The position numbers and the translations under genes were made by a program. A stretch of DNA of 64,000 bases from Octopus bimaculoides (taxonomy: Eukaryota): positions 39,306,642 through 39,370,641 of the forward strand of contig NC_068989.1 in assembly GCF_001194135.2 (NCBI RefSeq), in the 5' to 3' direction. Positions 62,791 through 64,000 of the stretch are shown piece after piece. The notes beneath the pieces are model-generated. The model did not search any database, had not been told where the DNA came from, and worked only from the letters and a program-made list of their open reading frames with translations. Position 1 is the first letter of the stretch. Each line of letters begins with the position of its first letter.

Positions 62791-64000
62791 GACTATAAAA
62801 TTTTAAAATATCTACATCGCAGAGGTGAGGAAATGCTCAGAACTCAAGGAATACGGAATAATGTTAATGAGTACGGGTTATCCTCCCTTAATCAGAGGGG
62901 AAAAAATCCTTTATAGAGTTGGAGAGGCCTAACAAGCAAACGGGGAGATCCAGTTTCCTGGTAAGTAACACTTAAAGTGGACACATTTAGAAAACACTTC
63001 TTTATGGCTGTTTAATGTGCCAGGCTTCTTAAAGTCCTTAGGAATTTTGGTTCCCTCTGTGATGCAAATCTTGCAATGGCCACTTCCATTAACATACGGG
63101 ACAAGAAAATCAATTAATTTCCACCTGACATCACACAGGATCCTTTGATCTTTGAGGTGTCACACATGGCGAGTCAGGGATGTGATAAACCATCTTTCTG
63201 GGATTCTGAAGGATGACTGGTGGTTAAGAAAATGTTTGAATGAAGTACTCACTGAATCAATATATTTATAAACAGGAGATGTGGCCTTATTCACACACCT
63301 AGTAACATATGGCATGGGGCTGGTCATCCCATCGGTGTTGAAGATGAATGTTTCATCCTCATCTGAGGTGGCAGAACTGGAAACGGCAGATACCTCCTCC
63401 AAGTCATTTATTCTGAATAGGTCATTATTTCCAGGTGCAGCGTGTGTACTGGTCACTATCTGCCTCTATGGTTTGTTCATTATCCATGGTAGTGGTACCA
63501 GGATCTTCAGTGATGCTGGTCCCAGTTTGGTTATTATCTCTGGGTGTGGCAACTATATTGGTATGAGACCTGGTTAATCTGCTAATGATATTGCTGTTCG
63601 ATGTTACATTGCTGTTATTACGGATATTAGGTCTGGATATCGCTGTAGCCTTATATATTACCCCTTCAGCCTTGCCCTGGCCTCCTACTGGACAGTTATA
63701 TACCCTGCAAGAGCAACTTACCTCCTCCCTTGTATTGTGGGTACTTGATAAAATGTTTTTTATGTTAGGTGCACAAATAAAGGAAACTCTTAAGTTGTGC
63801 CTGTTAAACAAATGCCTGTATCTATGTGTGTGTGTAAAATATTTGTCTATTAATTTAAGGAAAATCTTTCCCATACAAGTCTGGACGTTGAGTGAGAAGG
63901 GTGGAGCAGACCAAATCACATTTCTGCAACGCTTCCTTTTCTGGGTGCTAGAGTTAGGTATGTAGGAGATGTGGTCCTTAAACCCACTTGATGCCAGTGT
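62722..64000 (-). mobile_element. Penelope-like element 3' part (linker, GIY-YIG, 3' UTR), continuing beyond the window
   Basis: RKRCRNVIWSAPPFSLNVQTCMGKIFLKLIDKYF...LFNRHNLRVSF...CSCR...CPVGG...GVIYKAT, then YKYIDSVSTSFK...NHQSSFR...TSLTRHV*HLKD...CKICITE...LNSHKEVFSKCVH. Confidence 0.88.

Overview
This is AT-rich, microsatellite-dense animal DNA with three assembly gaps. The SINE, RTE and Penelope repeat landscape suggests a coleoid cephalopod, probably Octopus (inference). The only host gene I can support is three consecutive + strand internal exons (25978-26125, 34245-34318, 50448-50552). They splice in frame (phases 2-0-2-2) into part of the ERAP1-like C-terminal domain of an M1-family aminopeptidase, closest by recall to glutamyl aminopeptidase (ENPEP) or aminopeptidase N. 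The rest is mostly decayed transposable elements, probably all intronic: RTE LINEs, three or four Penelope-like elements (PLEs), a restriction-like endonuclease (RLE) LINE fragment, two Ty3/Gypsy remnants (one with both LTRs, PBS, PPT and TSD but no RT/RNase H), several Tc1/mariner elements, a hAT element nested in an RTE, a Helitron 3' end and many tRNA-derived SINEs. Highlights: two hammerhead-ribozyme-like motifs at PLE 3' ends (one sense to the host pre-mRNA), a PLE GIY-YIG domain split by a ~120-codon low-complexity insert, a 400-bp fold-back element, a 63-bp near-perfect palindrome and a ~140-bp tandem repeat with dimeric higher-order structure. All alignments were done by eye, with no database searches.
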